Assembly (NCBI GenBank): GCA_965112155.1
Contig: OZ218098.1
Length of the DNA stretch: 64,000 nucleotides
Source: Podarcis liolepis
Lineage: Eukaryota
Strand: one strand, 5' to 3'
Below the pieces are notes generated by a model. The model was not told the DNA's origin, did no database searches, and saw nothing but the letters and a program-made list of their open reading frames with translations. A program made the translations under genes and the position numbers. Below, in pieces: positions 37,582 through 50,666 of this stretch (position 1 is the first letter of the stretch; each line of letters starts with the position of its first letter).

Positions 37582-37756
37582 GCGTGGATCTACACACAGG
37601 AAAAAACACGATAAGTAAGTCACAAATTAAATCGTTATAACAAAAGAAAAAACACTATGTAAAATCTCATAGAAAAAGTTTGTTCTACAGCACCATCTGG
37701 TGTTGCATGTTTATAACATTCAAAACACTGGTTTTTTTACTAATGTAGGTGAGTCA
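37582..37756. mobile_element. Harbinger/PIF-like MITE with CTCF-like motif, copy 2
   Basis: Ends gcgtggatctacac / atgtaggtgagtca with tca on both flanks. Confidence 0.5.
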
Positions 37757-38259
37757 TCAATGCCACCAGTTTTAACAGCAACCCTGTATATTTACTTCAT
37801 AACGAGTCCTGGTGAGTTCATTGGGCTTATCCTAAGCCAACGGCCATACATATAAGGTGCATGGTTTTCCCCAAATCCTAGCACAAACTACGGGGAAAGC
37901 TTTCAATGTGTGGTGTGGATGTGAACCTTTTTTACTGCATGAAAGAGTGTGCGTTCAGTATAGAAAGTGGAATTGATAGTGTATGGGAAAATTTGGGAAA
38001 TGTGGTTTGTTTTTTGGAAAAAAAATATCCAGTGCGCAGTCATGGTTTGCCAAATAAAGTTATACTGATTTATTTTTTTTAAGTCTTACAATAAAAATGT
38101 ATTGGAGGCAGTGGTGGTTATTTATGGCTTTGATTTTGCGGGGGGGGGGGGGCGTGTAGCCATTTTTAAAGAATATGTGTTGTACTTTATGGAGGTCCCT
38201 GGCAGATGATTACCAAAGGGACGAGGGCAATGTGAAGGTGAACATCTCCCCTCCACGTA

Positions 38260-39300
38260 TCCCTCGGCTAAGGGCTCGTTTCGAAGCAGACGATCTCAGA
38301 GCCCCGGAAGGAGGCGCCTCCTGACGCAGGCCTCCCCGTGGGCCCCGCCCTCTGCCTTTTTTCCCCGCCCTCCCGGTCGCGAGGACAGCGCCGATCCCGC
38401 TCTCTGCGCTCTATTCGTCAGCTCTGCTCCGCTTTTTGCGCCTGCCGTTCGATTGGCTCGGCACTCGGCATCTCCGCACTCGGCTGCTTAGGTGCTCGGC
38501 TAGGCGCCCTGGCCTTGGTAGTAACTCGGAGCAGCAGCAGCGGCGGCAGAAACTGCAGGGGGAGAGGCCGCCGTCGGATTTGGGTTGTCCCTCCCTGGAC
38601 CAGGCCCCGACCAGCCCGGAGCGTGCCTCACGCCACCGCTCCGGTCCTCTCCGGGATTCGAGGGCGCCAGGCCTTGGCCAGCCCCCCCCTCCGCCGCCTC
38701 AGGTAGGCTCTGGGCCTAGAGGCTCCGGGCCTGGTTTCTCTCTAGGGGGGTTGCCGGGCTCCCTCAAGCCGGCGGGGAGAGAAACCCGGCGGGTGGGGCC
38801 GGCCGGGGAGTGGGGAGCCTGAGGCGAAGGGCGGGACGCGTTTCAGGAAGGGTCGCCTGGCGTCGAGTTCCTCCGCTCCACCCCGCCCACCACGGAGCCT
38901 CCTGCGGCCGCGTCTTTCTCGCGAGGAGGCTGCCTGGCTGTGGCCCTCGCGTCCTCGCTCGGAGAACCGGCCTGCCAGACTCCTGGCGGCCTTGGCCTTC
39001 CTTCCCGGGACCCGCAGAGCGAGGCTCTGAAGGCCCGCCCTGTGTTGTTTCCGGAGCCGTCGGTCTGAATACGGGGAGGCAGCGCTTCCTTAATTTAAAA
39101 TACATTCGGTTCCCCTCCGCCCACGTAAACACTCGGCCGCACGGTTTTTTTCCCTTTTCAGGGATGCGAGGAGGAATTTTCGCAACGGGATGTCTGTTTT
39201 CCTGTGCGAATGTGGCTCCGAGCCTGCCCGCGCTTCCTTGAGAGTAAGGCCTGGTGGGCACGGGGACCACGACGGCTTAACGAGCACGAGATTGCAGGGA
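38260..39300 (+). promoter_or_regulatory. AMBRA1: CpG island; AMBRA1 promoter and non-coding exon 1 (donor CAG|GTAGGC after 38702)
   Basis: CpG-rich; ETS CCGGAAG ~38303, CRE-like TGACGCA ~38322, two GC boxes ~38343 and ~38363, inverted CCAAT ~38452, TCTCGCGAG 38917-38925. Confidence 0.8.
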
Positions 39301-41676
39301 GAGTTGGCTGTTAGCTGGCTGGGGTCTCTCTGTACACGGGTCTTAATTAATTATTATTAATAATAATTAAATGTGAAGAGGGTTGTGAGGCTTTGCATGT
39401 AGAAGAAGGTATTTGTTTCGGAGAACTCAAGCCTGTTTTCCCCAATGTTTTTATAACTCCATCCAGCCATATATTTAACACCATAATTGGGATACAGTTG
39501 TTTTTTCCGGTCATCAGGATTTTACAGAATTGTGGACTAGTATATGTTGGTGTGTGTGTGTTCTGTACCATGAAATTGCTTATTAGTTTTTTAAGCTGTG
39601 TGTGTTTGGTATGCTTTAAGGATTTGAACTTTCAGTGTGTATTGCGAGGAGAGAGTATGGCAACTAAGAATAAGTGGGTTATGGAGATAGAAGACAGGTA
39701 GCTTGGAGAAGAGAGTGTGCTAAATAAAATACTGAAGCCCTACTTAGCTCCCCCCACCCCCCAATTCCAAGTTTTATTCGAAAATGGTTACTTTGCCCTC
39801 CCCCCCAACAAAACACATTGCAAGTTTGCAGGGAAGTACACTTAATTTTATATAAGTTAGTTTGATGCTTTCTGTCTGAAACATGGCTAAAATGAAAATG
39901 CCACTTTGGTTATACTGTGCAAAACTGGTTGTTGCAACTTCTATAAGCCATGAGCTGATCCAAAAAACGTCTTTCTGAGGAAAGTGACAACAGAGCATAC
40001 GTTTTCATAAATCTTATTGGTTTTGCCTGTGCATAAACCTGTAGTATTTGAAATCTCAGTAGTTCATGCTCACCTGTCCTCCTGAGTTTTTCTGTAAATC
40101 TCAAAGTAAATTCCACAAGTGCCTTTCACATTTGATTCAGATTTTTAAATACTTAAACAAATTTCCTAACATGTCACCTATGTTTTCTTGCAGTTTGTAT
40201 TAACTGCTTCTTAGATCCAGAAAATAATTTTTCATTTACTATTTTCTGGAAGCTTGTTAATATTTGAATACTGGCAGTATGTTATTCCTATCTCAGTTCT
40301 TAAAAGGCAGATCCCTTTAGTTTGTCTTAATATGACTTGCTTTCTAGACTGCTTATCACTTTTGTAATTTTTCTCTGAATCCTCTTCTGCCTATCATCAT
40401 CTTTCTTTAACTGAGGTATCTGGGTAAACATAACACACTGAATGAAATTTCTCTGCTCAGCGTTGGGTAGTACAGAAAGAACTACAGTACTTAATACAAA
40501 TCTAATGCAGATACAGATCTCAGGATGGCATTGCACTTTGGAGCTGCATCATTGCCTTCATTGCTCATTTCATTTGTTTACATTTTTCTCAGAAGTGTTA
40601 TTGAGTATTGGCACATCTGCTTTTATAATTGTGTATTGGATGGGTCTCGTATAAACATTTTACCAGCTTGTTGAATTTTACTTGATTGTTAACTCCTCAG
40701 CTCTTCATTTTGAAACTATCTGGAGTTGTTTTGCTTTTCATCCAACATGTTTACTGTTACTCCCATTTGTGTTGTACTTCCAGATCTGAATGAATGGATA
40801 ACTACTTCATCCAAGTATTTTTTTAAAAAAATAAACTTGATGTTGTCACCACTAAAATTATTTGGTGATATACCCTAAAACACACAAATGGTTTTGTATG
40901 ATAAAACCAAGCAATAGGCAGAGGAAGAACCAGCAGAGCAAATATTTTAGGTCTAAAACTGATAAATAATTTGTTGTTGTTGTTGTTGTAAAACTGATAA
41001 ATAATTTGTTGTTGTTGTTGTTATTATTATTATCTACCTTTTCATCAGATGGTCCCAAGGTGGCATACCACATTAAAAATAGATTAAAACAGATTGATGT
41101 TGCTAGTCCCCTTATAAAGCAAATGGAACTGAACTATAATTGCATTTTAATACAGTTTTAAAAAAATATTTGTCTGTATATGCACAGTTGTAAAAGTTAG
41201 AGGATTGAAATTTTTGAAGGGTGGCTATATAGCTGGCCTTCTAAGGGAAGCTGGGTGAGAAAACTTATGTTGAGCTTCCTTTAAGGATGAAATCTTGAAG
41301 GAAGTGCCACTGAATTCTGTAGGATTTACCTTACTTCTGTAGGAGTAACCTTACAGAGGAATGGAATGTTGCTTAATGAAGCTCCAGTAAGGCTGAATGG
41401 CCAAAAAGACTGGGTTGTTAAAAAAAGAAATTAAACAAAGACATATCTACAGTATTATAATCTTAACTTTGAAACATAGGCAGGTGTACAGATAGATTCA
41501 AAAGGGTGAGCAAAAAATCATTACAAAAAAGGTCATGGAAAGTTTTATTTAATGTGAAATTGTCAAATAGCACTATTGTGCTCTTGACTGAGTATTTATG
41601 AGAGACCCCTTTTTGCAGAGGTGACAGTATTGTGGAGTGCCTTGTTTAGGGTTTTCTACTGCTGCAGTCCTTCAGA

Positions 41677-41895
41677 CTGGGGTGCCCAAACTTTTTTCAA
41701 AGAAGGCCGGATTTGATGAAGTGAACATGCATGAGGGCTGACCAAAGTGGTTGAGCTTTTTTATGATTTTACCCCAAGGTTGTTGAAGTTGTTTTTTAGG
41801 ATTTGACCCCAAGAAATAAACTGCCACAGGGGCCGAATTAAACCAGCCAGGGGGTTAGATGAGCCCCCCCCCCCAACGGACTTTGGACATACTTG
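41677..41895. mobile_element. hAT-type MITE
   Basis: Degenerate TIR ctggggtgcccaaac / ctttggacatacttg; TSD ambiguous. Confidence 0.55.
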
Positions 41896-43734
41896 CTTTA
41901 GAACAGACCACACTAATGCAGTTTGAGTGTCATTAAACCATATTTTAAAACAGACAACGGCTGCATGTGTTGGTTTGTGCTGCACAAAATTTCCCCCAGT
42001 GCTCTTTCCCCATTTCTGCCATGTTGCAGATGAGATCAGCTGGCTTCTGTTTTGTCATATTTGAACCTGAGCTTATGGTTACTTCTCTTCAAACAAATCA
42101 TGAATGCTAAATAAAGCCAAGAACAACTTTGGTTACAACTTTGGTTTGGAGAGAAGCAAACTGTGAGTCCGGGTTTGGACAACACAACAAGCTAAGCTCT
42201 CTGTCTTGTTTCATTTTCAATGCAACAGGAGCGGGGATGAATGCTGTGGACTCTTCTCAACAGTGTGCACCAGCACATTGCTCATTCACATTACAACATC
42301 ATTAGTTTAAAATACGGTTTAGGGTGATGTGTAAACTGGGCCATTGTGTAGTATTACTGCAGTCTAACAATGTAATGTGTATATTACGTTGTATAATATA
42401 TAGTTTTCACAAGGCCTTGTCTCTCAGAATGTTCTTTCTGAGCTGACAAGTTCCAGTCTGTGTTCTGTTGCCTTAACCCAACTCAGCAAACTGCTATTAA
42501 AAGTGTGCTTACTAGAATGATCGTTTTATTATCTATTTTTCATTTTGTCTTCGTCATTTTTGCCACTGTGAAGTATAACCCAAACTTACTTTCCCTCCTT
42601 CATGTCTTCTTCAGATTGTCATTCAGGAATGCACTAGTTCCAAACCTGCCAAGTTCTATCATCTGTGGATCTACTTTTCCTTTGTTTTGGTAAGAAAAAT
42701 CTTAGAACTATTCTTTAATCTTTTATGTATTGAGTTGCATTGTAAGCAACTGGACAGTCTCATCAATTCACATTCAGTTAACATAAATTTTAGGCTTGAG
42801 AAACTCCATGGTAAGTATCCCCCTTGAGTATAGGAGCTGGCTTTTTCTGCATTCATTCTTTGTAGATTTTTAAAAAAGATTCTCCTTTTCTTAACCATGT
42901 GAGCATCAGCGTTCAGACTTAAAAAGAGATGCATTGTTTTTCGTGTTTTCTCTGTTGGCTTGAGCCTGACTTTAAGAACTTTCCTCCCTTTTAAAAAAAG
43001 TACTATATATAACTCATTTAACTTGAGTAGTCCCTACAATAAATAAATAAATAAAGAAAGAAAGAAAGAAAGAAAGAAAGCAGAATCAGTTCTTCAAATG
43101 TTGAAAAACTTATTTGGGGAGTAGGGGAGACAATTATTTGGCAACTGTGTGTGTGTGTGTGTGGGGGGGAGTTTAGTATCATTACCAAATCCTCGTGATT
43201 CAGCAAACTTCTATAGCAAATGGTAGGACCAAGTTTCCCCTGACTTTTGTCTCTGAGGAGAAGATGGCATTTCAGACTATAATGATGTAAATGTGCGTCC
43301 AAATGTGCATCCACAGCAGGAACATCTGGGCACATTTTAAAACTAGCCTTTGCTATTGCAACATTGATTTTCTCTCAGAAAACTCAAAATTGACCAGGCC
43401 TGCACTTAGCTGATAAGAGAAGACTTATTCTACTTCAGTTTGGTAGGAAATTGTTCCTCAAACTGAGAGTGCCAAACCACAGCAGAGACATTGCATGTGG
43501 TTCCACAGAAATAAAACTTGTCTATTATGACCTATTACATGGATACAGATGCATGGATTGTATGAACTGAAATGGGACAATTAGTTGCAGCCCTCCAGCT
43601 TTTTAATACAAAGGCTTTTGGAAAATACATTCTCATATGTGGTAATATGACTTTCCTCCCTTTTTCTCTAGAGTTGAGGCACTTGCAAGAAGTGGTACTG
43701 GAACTAACCTAACTCCCACTGTGCCAGAGGCTTT

Positions 43735-44372
43735 GATTGTTTTATTGTTCACTCATCTTTAGCATATGCTTCAACTGAAGTAGTGTCCACAGTTCAGAAA
43801 CTATAATAAAACGTGGTTAAAACCAACCAATGTAACAAGATATTAAAGACATGTAAAGCAGCTGCTGAAAGTAAATTAGCTCAAGAACAGATCTACAGCT
43901 GCTGCTATTTTAGCCCATCAAAAGCACCTTCTTAAATATTCACTGCCTGTGAACAGTCATCAAAGTAGGGGCAAAAGAGACTATTGTTAGAAGGGTATTC
44001 CATAGACTGAATGGTACAGTGGAGAAGACCTGGATCCGTGCCTTTCTATTTCACATGTGTGTAAGAAGGGACATGAACAGAGTCTCCCCAGCAGGTTGGG
44101 AAATTAGAGATGGGGAGATATTTATGGAGGAAGAGACTTTCACTGGTATGTAGGATCCAAGCTGTACACTGCTTTAAAACTGAGAACCAGCACTTTAAAT
44201 TGGGCCTGGAAGCAAATAGGCAGGTAGTGCAACTGATAAAACAGGAATAATATGTTCTTTATAAAGTGTACCCATCATAAGGTGAACGGTTGGCTCTTGC
44301 ACCATCTGCATCTTTCAAACAGGAGGCCGTCCTGTGTAGAGTTCATGGCAGTAATCCAAATAGGTTACAAAT
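43735..44372 (-). mobile_element. Degraded L2 LINE fragment
   Basis: - strand VTYLDYCHELY.. remnant of the L2 RT C-terminus; boundaries approximate. Confidence 0.55.
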
Positions 44373-44719
44373 GACAGAGGCTAGGTGCCAGTTTGAGAGG
44401 AGCAGCCAAAATTCCCTCAGATGTTACGAATAAAGTATATTAGGGAATTTGAACACTTGTGTGCACATACATACAGATATCTGCCATTTTGCTGCCTATT
44501 CTCAGTGCTGTGAACAGTTTATTAAAAAAATACTTTCTTTTCCACCTTTGGATCCAGAAGGATTTTCAAGGTGGCTTATATAAAATAATGGAGTATAATT
44601 GCGTTAGGGCTGCTTCTGTGCCTTGCAACATGTGCTGTTCTACAGGCAGTACTACAAGTTCTTCCAAAACAGTTTTCATTACTTCATTCTTTCCTTTCAT
44701 CCTGCAGAATGCAGCTCCC

Positions 44720-45245
44720 ATGTTTATATCTAGGGCAGCAAGATGGAATCATGTATAACCGATCCTAAAAACTGCACTGGTGGTTTGTGTTCCACTGGGC
44801 CTAATTCAAGGTATTCGTAATGGCTTGCAAAGTCTTCAATAGCTTAGAACTCAAACCTCCATTTCCTGCCAACTTGATCCTTAAGATTAGCAATGGAAGG
44901 CTATTGCAGCCCCCCATCAGGATTTGGGGAGCAAGGATCTGTAGAAGGGTCTTCTCCATAGTGGGACCTGAATTCTAGAATTACCCCCATAGGTATGCCT
45001 GTCACCCCCACTTTGGTTTTCAGACGTCAATTAAAGACATTTTAATTCATCTAGGCTTTTGTAGTTTAAATGTTTAACCCTTGGCAACAGTACTGGAACC
45101 AGTGTTTTAATGAGTTAATAATTGTTTTAGTGGTACATTTTTACTGTTTGTGTTGTGATGGATATATGTTTGTACATCACCCTGGGCTCCTTTGGAGGAA
45201 TGATGACAAACAAACAAACAAACAAACAAACAAACAAACAAACAA
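44720..45245 (+). mobile_element. Degraded L2 LINE 3' fragment ending in (CAAA)n
   Basis: L2-like remnants plus microsatellite tail at 45207-45245. Confidence 0.5.
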
Positions 45246-45435
45246 TAGAATGGCATCTCATTCTCATGGTTGGCAAGTGATTGGTCCTTTGTCTGGTTTC
45301 ATGCTTATTATTCCCTTTCCCAGGACTCTAGGACTTGTTGCTGAGCAGGGGCAGAGAGGGAAGATCCAAGTGCAGCAGCTGTACATTGGGTCATCCACTA
45401 AGCAATAGTAGTTGGTCCTGTAACTTTTCTCAGTA

Positions 45436-45642
45436 CAGTGGTACCTCGGGCTACAAACACTTTGAGTTACAGACTCCACTAACTCAGAAATAGTACCTCA
45501 ACTTTACCTCAGGATGAGAACAGAAATCGCGCGGTGGCAGCGGGAGGCCCCATTAGTTAAAGTGGTATCTCAGGTTAAGAATGGTTTCAGGTTAAGAACG
45601 GACCTCTGGAATGAATTAAGTTCGTAACCAGAGGTACCACTG
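45436..45642 (+). mobile_element. Tc1/mariner MITE, family A copy 3
   Basis: TIR and TA TSD. Confidence 0.85.
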
Positions 45643-46838
45643 TATACTTTTAGACTTGCATTTCTTTGAAACGCTGCTAATTATTTTCATACAAAATGCC
45701 ATTGATGCACAATTTCACTGTTCAGATGCTTTTGCAGGTTACAATTCATTCATTCATTTGGAGTATTTACACCCCACCTACTAACCGAAGGAAGCGACTT
45801 ACAGTGTATTTAAAATATAGCAAAATAGGCAAGAGTTACCAGACAGGCAAAAGTGTTACCACATTCCCCCACCCCCAAATGTCCCTGCTACTACTTGGTT
45901 TTTGAAAATTTGGGCTAGAGCAGATCTAATGTTGGTTAATAAGAAAAAGGTCCAGTTCAGAGTTTTGAGGTGCACACCTCTGTTCATCACTGTAAATTAA
46001 TGGTTACTTTCTGCTTACTATCTCTAGAGCCATTTACTGTTCATGTTCTTATTGTCTTGTACTTTTATTACTGAAGAGCTATAGGACTCTAAATTTGATT
46101 TGCTTTCATTAGCTAATCCAGTTGCTCACAGAATGTTGTAAGACGTCTTTGAGGAAAACAAGAAAGGAGATGCTGTTGCAATCTGTGTGAAACTACTGGG
46201 ACCTGTTTTGGCTATTGGTGGTTTATGCTAATACTGGCCTGCTGCTGTGGACCTTAAAACAGTGGGTTATAGCTTCAAAATAACAAATGAACTTCATTGC
46301 ATTAAAGAGTTATGGCAAGAAGCATGTTCTGATGAGGGAATTAAGTTATGCATGGCAGGAAAATGAAATGTTGCTGGAATTTTATTGTTTAAAATTTGCA
46401 GTTTCTTCCATTTGGTTGAGTGAAATTGAGGTTCTCATCCTCTTATTTAACTGTAGAGGACCTTGGTGGGCACAATTGCCTTGGAAGTACCAACTGCTAG
46501 CAGGGGACAACTGGCCTTCATCATGGGGCTGAGTGAGTTCCAGCTGCTCACCTCTACTACTATGCCTCAAAGGACCTGCTGCCTGGCAACTGCCAGCAAG
46601 AAAATACTGCTTCCCTCATGGAATGAGCAAGAGCCAGCTGCTCGGCCATGCTCCTTTGCCTCAAGATTTTAGTGAGGGCTGTTCCTGGTATGACACCATG
46701 GAAGAGCAAGGATGCAAGCAGAAAATGCTGCCTAAATAATTCTGGTTCCATGCAGTTACTGTGTAGTTTTTATTTCTGTAAGCCACTTTGAGAGCATCTC
46801 AGGGAGCATCTTGGGATTATATAATGGGGATTGAAGTA

Positions 46839-47055
46839 TGGTGGTACCTCAGGTTACAGACGCTTCAGGTTACAGACTCCTCTAATCCAGAAATAGTACC
46901 TCGGGTAAAGAAATTTGCTTCAGGATGAGAACAGAAATTGTGCGGTGGCGGCGTGGCAGGCCCCATTAGCTAAAGTGGTACCTCAGGTTAAGAACAGTTT
47001 CAGGTTAAGAACGGATCTCCAGAATGAATTAAGTTCTTAATCCGAGGTACCACTG
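46839..47055 (+). mobile_element. Tc1/mariner MITE, family A copy 4
   Basis: TIR and TA TSD. Confidence 0.85.
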
Positions 47056-47123
47056 TATTCTAAATAATAGTAAATATGGATAGGGATCTTCACTCTCTCT
47101 TGTAATGTGATGATTTATTCTCT

Positions 47124-47268
47124 TTTTTTTTTTTTTAATGCATTTTTATTGAAGTTATACACAAAAAACAGATATATATGAAAATACAGAGAAAAAATTG
47201 TGTGTCTTTCTTTTTTCGGATGTGTGGTTTTTCTTTTTTTTCTTTTTTTTTCTTTGTAATTTTTTCTC
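47124..47268 (-). mobile_element. Short L1-type retroposed insertion with 5' inversion
   Basis: 18-bp perfect TSD tgtgatgatttattctct (47106-47123 and 47269-47286); poly(A) and AATAAA on - strand. Confidence 0.85.
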
Positions 47269-49899
47269 TGTGATGATTTATTCTCTGTTATTAGGGGACA
47301 TTTGGTCTGCTTCTCCCTGTGTTCTAAAAGTGGCTATAAGAATAAAAGGACAACTTTTCAGTAGGAATTTTGCAGCTTGTGGGGCAGCTTTTGATTTTTA
47401 TGGCAAGGATTTTTTGGGTACAGTAAATGCTGTCAGGGAGTGTGGAGGTTAGCAATTTCTCAGTGCAATACTGCCTTGCCAAGTCATCCTTGTTCTGGTG
47501 TCCCCCCCCCCCTTATAGCCATTTAGATAGCTGATGAATGCTGTATTGTGACCAGTGTCTTGGATTTAACCATGTGTAAATTGCCACTTTTGACCTGATA
47601 CTAATATGGATACTACAATATGCTCTGAGATACGGATGTCTGAAACGAGTGCAACACAATTCTAAACACATTTACTGAGAGGTAAGCCTCATTACCCTCA
47701 ATGACTCATACTTCCTATTAAATATGGTTAGAATTGCAGCCATGCCACCCATGCCAGTGTTTTTGGTTGATTGTTCAGATTTCATGTTGGTTTTGCTCTT
47801 TCTGTGTTGAACAAGTTCATGGATTACATGAAACAAATGAAGTAGAAAGACATCGGATTTAAGTTTTGAAATAGGGATAGCCAATGTGGTGCTCTCCAGA
47901 TGTTCTGGGCTCCAGTTCCCATTGGCCTCAGCCAGCATGGCCAATGGTCAAGGTTGATGAAAGTATAGTTCAAAAACAAATGGAGGGCATCACATTCACT
48001 ACCCATGTCTATTAGTGAAAGAGGCTTGGATTAGTCAATAATTACAGCAAAAGATATTAAGATTACTGATTGCTGAATGTTTCCTGCAGAGCAGGGGGGT
48101 AGCTAACATGGTTCTCTCCAGATGTTGTGAACTGCAACTCTCCATTGTTTCTCACCTTTGGGCATGCTAGCTGGGACTAATGGCAGTTGTAGTCCACAAC
48201 ATATGGAGGGCACCATCTTGGTTACCACAGCTGTAGATGATACTTTGTGTGTTTGGTATCCCTAAACCTTTTGTTGCTGTTTCTGATTCATTGTATGCTT
48301 TGTGATACTCTCGGTTTACAGCAACATTGATTTCCCCTTTCCTACCTTTGTTCACTAAATAAATGTGGGCTGATTGGCTAAGTTGCACATGAAGAGCATT
48401 GGAAACATGCATGATATGAATTGGAGTCTTATGCTCTCGAGCCAAGGCTCTTCCATGTGCTTCTGTTAACTTATCCTTAATTTGTATTACCTGTTCCCAG
48501 GTGTGTGGAAGCCTTGATTTGCACCATCAAAAGCCTGGAGGAAAAGGAAAGTGTTTACTTGGTGCCAAAAGTATGTCAATAAAGGTATCAAATGGACCTT
48601 ACTTAGAGATCAGGGCAGGGCTCATTATGTGGTTGGATGGATTATTTTGGGTTCCAGGCAAGACATCCATGAGCTGAGGCACTTTGGATTTTTTTCAAGT
48701 TCTTCCAAGTATTAAGTATTAAGTACTGGGGTGCTCCATGACATCCCATGCTTCTTCCTCAGAGGAGGTCTCTGGTGTTTTTGTTGGCAACTGGCACCTG
48801 CATTCATTTATTCTGCTCTTGATTAAACAGGCTTTCACACAATTGCTAGAACTATTCTGTATGTACCTGGAGTTGAAAGCAGTAGAAACACTTTTCCAAA
48901 ATCTGATAAACATTAGCAGGTAGATATCTAGCATTCTTTCAGAATATTGATGAGTGAAACCAATGTATAATAGTGATGAGATATCCCTTGGAATGTCCAG
49001 GGCACACTCTCATGCCAGATCAGATTCCCAAAGGGGTTGATGTATGTGTATTTGCTTTTGAAGTGGAAAGAAAAAGTGTGAGTGACTCCAACTTCTTCCT
49101 ATTATGGAACAAGTGTGAAGGGGGAGTTTTCTCTGTTCCCAATTTGCACAAGGAATAGAAACAGGACATGAGGAAGTGCAGTTGTAAATGGTTGAGGGTA
49201 GAATGAACACATTAATCTTCTGCATAATGGTATTTGTATTTTCTTTGTAAAAGGTTTACTTAGATTAAATCTTAAAGATGACTGGCTTTACCCATGTGAC
49301 CATACAGTTGCATAATTCTTTTAAAAATTAAAAACATCAGTGTTTGAAACAAATTAAACCTAGGTGTTCCGCCCATTCCGAGCACCATCACCCCCGGGGC
49401 CAGTCATAAAGGAAGAAAGAAAAACCACTCTCAGATTGCACTCAGAATGGATTATGAAAGTTAATCAAATGTATGCACATTAACTTTATGTAAACTTGAT
49501 TTATTACACTGGTGAGCAAAGCAATTCCTCAAGAAAATTCCCTTGAGAACTCTCTCTGTTAACTTTCCTTAGTAAGGAAAGTTTCTTTTCTTGCAATTGA
49601 TTAAAAATATCTGTCTTGGTAAGCAGCTGTTGTCTTGGGTCAGCAGTCTGGAAGTTGTTCTCAATAAAGTAAAATTTGTAATGAGAACTCCCCAGTTTCA
49701 TATTATGCTTGTTACTTTGTAGTATTTGATGAGGCCAGCTTTCGTAAATCCAGTTGATAGTGTGCTTGACCTGGAAATATATTCAGATCCAACTTGGTGG
49801 TGTATTTGCTATGTGATTTGGGTTAGGTCACTTTATTCAGCCTGTGACATAACTCATATGGTGAGTTTTATGATGACAGGACGTGATTTAGCAGCATTA

Positions 49900-50141
49900 C
49901 AGTGGTACCTTGAGTTACATACAGTTCAGGTTACATACGCTTCAGGTTACAGTCTCCGCTAACCCAGAAATAGTACCTCGAGTTAAAAACTTTGCTTCAG
50001 GATGAGAACCGAAATTGTGCTCCGACGGCGCGGTGGCAGCAGGAGGCCCCATTAGCTAAAGTGGTGCTTCAGGTTAAGAACAGTTTCAGGTTAAGAACGG
50101 ACCTCCGAAATGAATTAAGTACTTAACCAGAGGTACCACTG
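49900..50141 (+). mobile_element. Tc1/mariner MITE, family A copy 5
   Basis: TIR and TA TSD. Confidence 0.85.
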
Positions 50142-50666
50142 TAAATGTAATCTGTTTATGTTCTATCTTTCTCAAAAATATTTTTTTTAAAGCTGAAACT
50201 GTCTTGACTGGAAAATACTTTTATTCTAAATACTACAAAATACATTTGAAAATGAAATTGCCACAAATCAATTCTTATGAAGAGTTATTTTAAAAAAGTT
50301 TGACAAGAGTATCCATGTAGTGTTAGATTTGGCATGAAAATGCTGGACCTGGGCCCATCATTCTGCAACCTGAGGAAGATCTGTCGTGAATGTGCTGCAA
50401 TTACAGTGGTCTCTCTTGAGAATCTGATGATGACAATAGTAATGCTGTGTTGGTGGGGATGGAATGTTAACAATTACAGAGAGAGATACCAATTTGTATT
50501 GACCTCTTGGAAACTTCTGACTTGGGTTCCTTGAAATATATCTTCACTATCTAGATTTCCATGAGGACAGCCTTGCAAGGAGTGGATGGCACTTGTGTAG
50601 ATTTTTGGCACTCGTGATCTGGTGTCTCTCGGTGACTCATTCCCCTGCACTGAGACAGTAAAAGCC

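Noticed and set aside
27821-38152. G13 runs at the left edge of both CpG islands (27821-27833 and 38140-38152)
   Set aside because: Poly-G/C runs occur elsewhere in the window and homopolymer lengths are assembly-sensitive.
38338-39287. ORFs up to 168 aa in the second CpG island
   Set aside because: Same GC artefact; the region is explained as the AMBRA1 promoter, exon 1 and intron.
40954-41022. 35-bp tandem duplication containing (TTG)n
   Set aside because: Simple slippage next to a retroelement tail; no spacers, so not CRISPR-like.
23239-50563. Shared 13-mer TCTAG|ATTTCCAT at the acceptors of the first coding exons of ATG13 and AMBRA1
   Set aside because: Partly dictated by the splice consensus, similarity does not extend, and the genes are unrelated; treated as coincidence.
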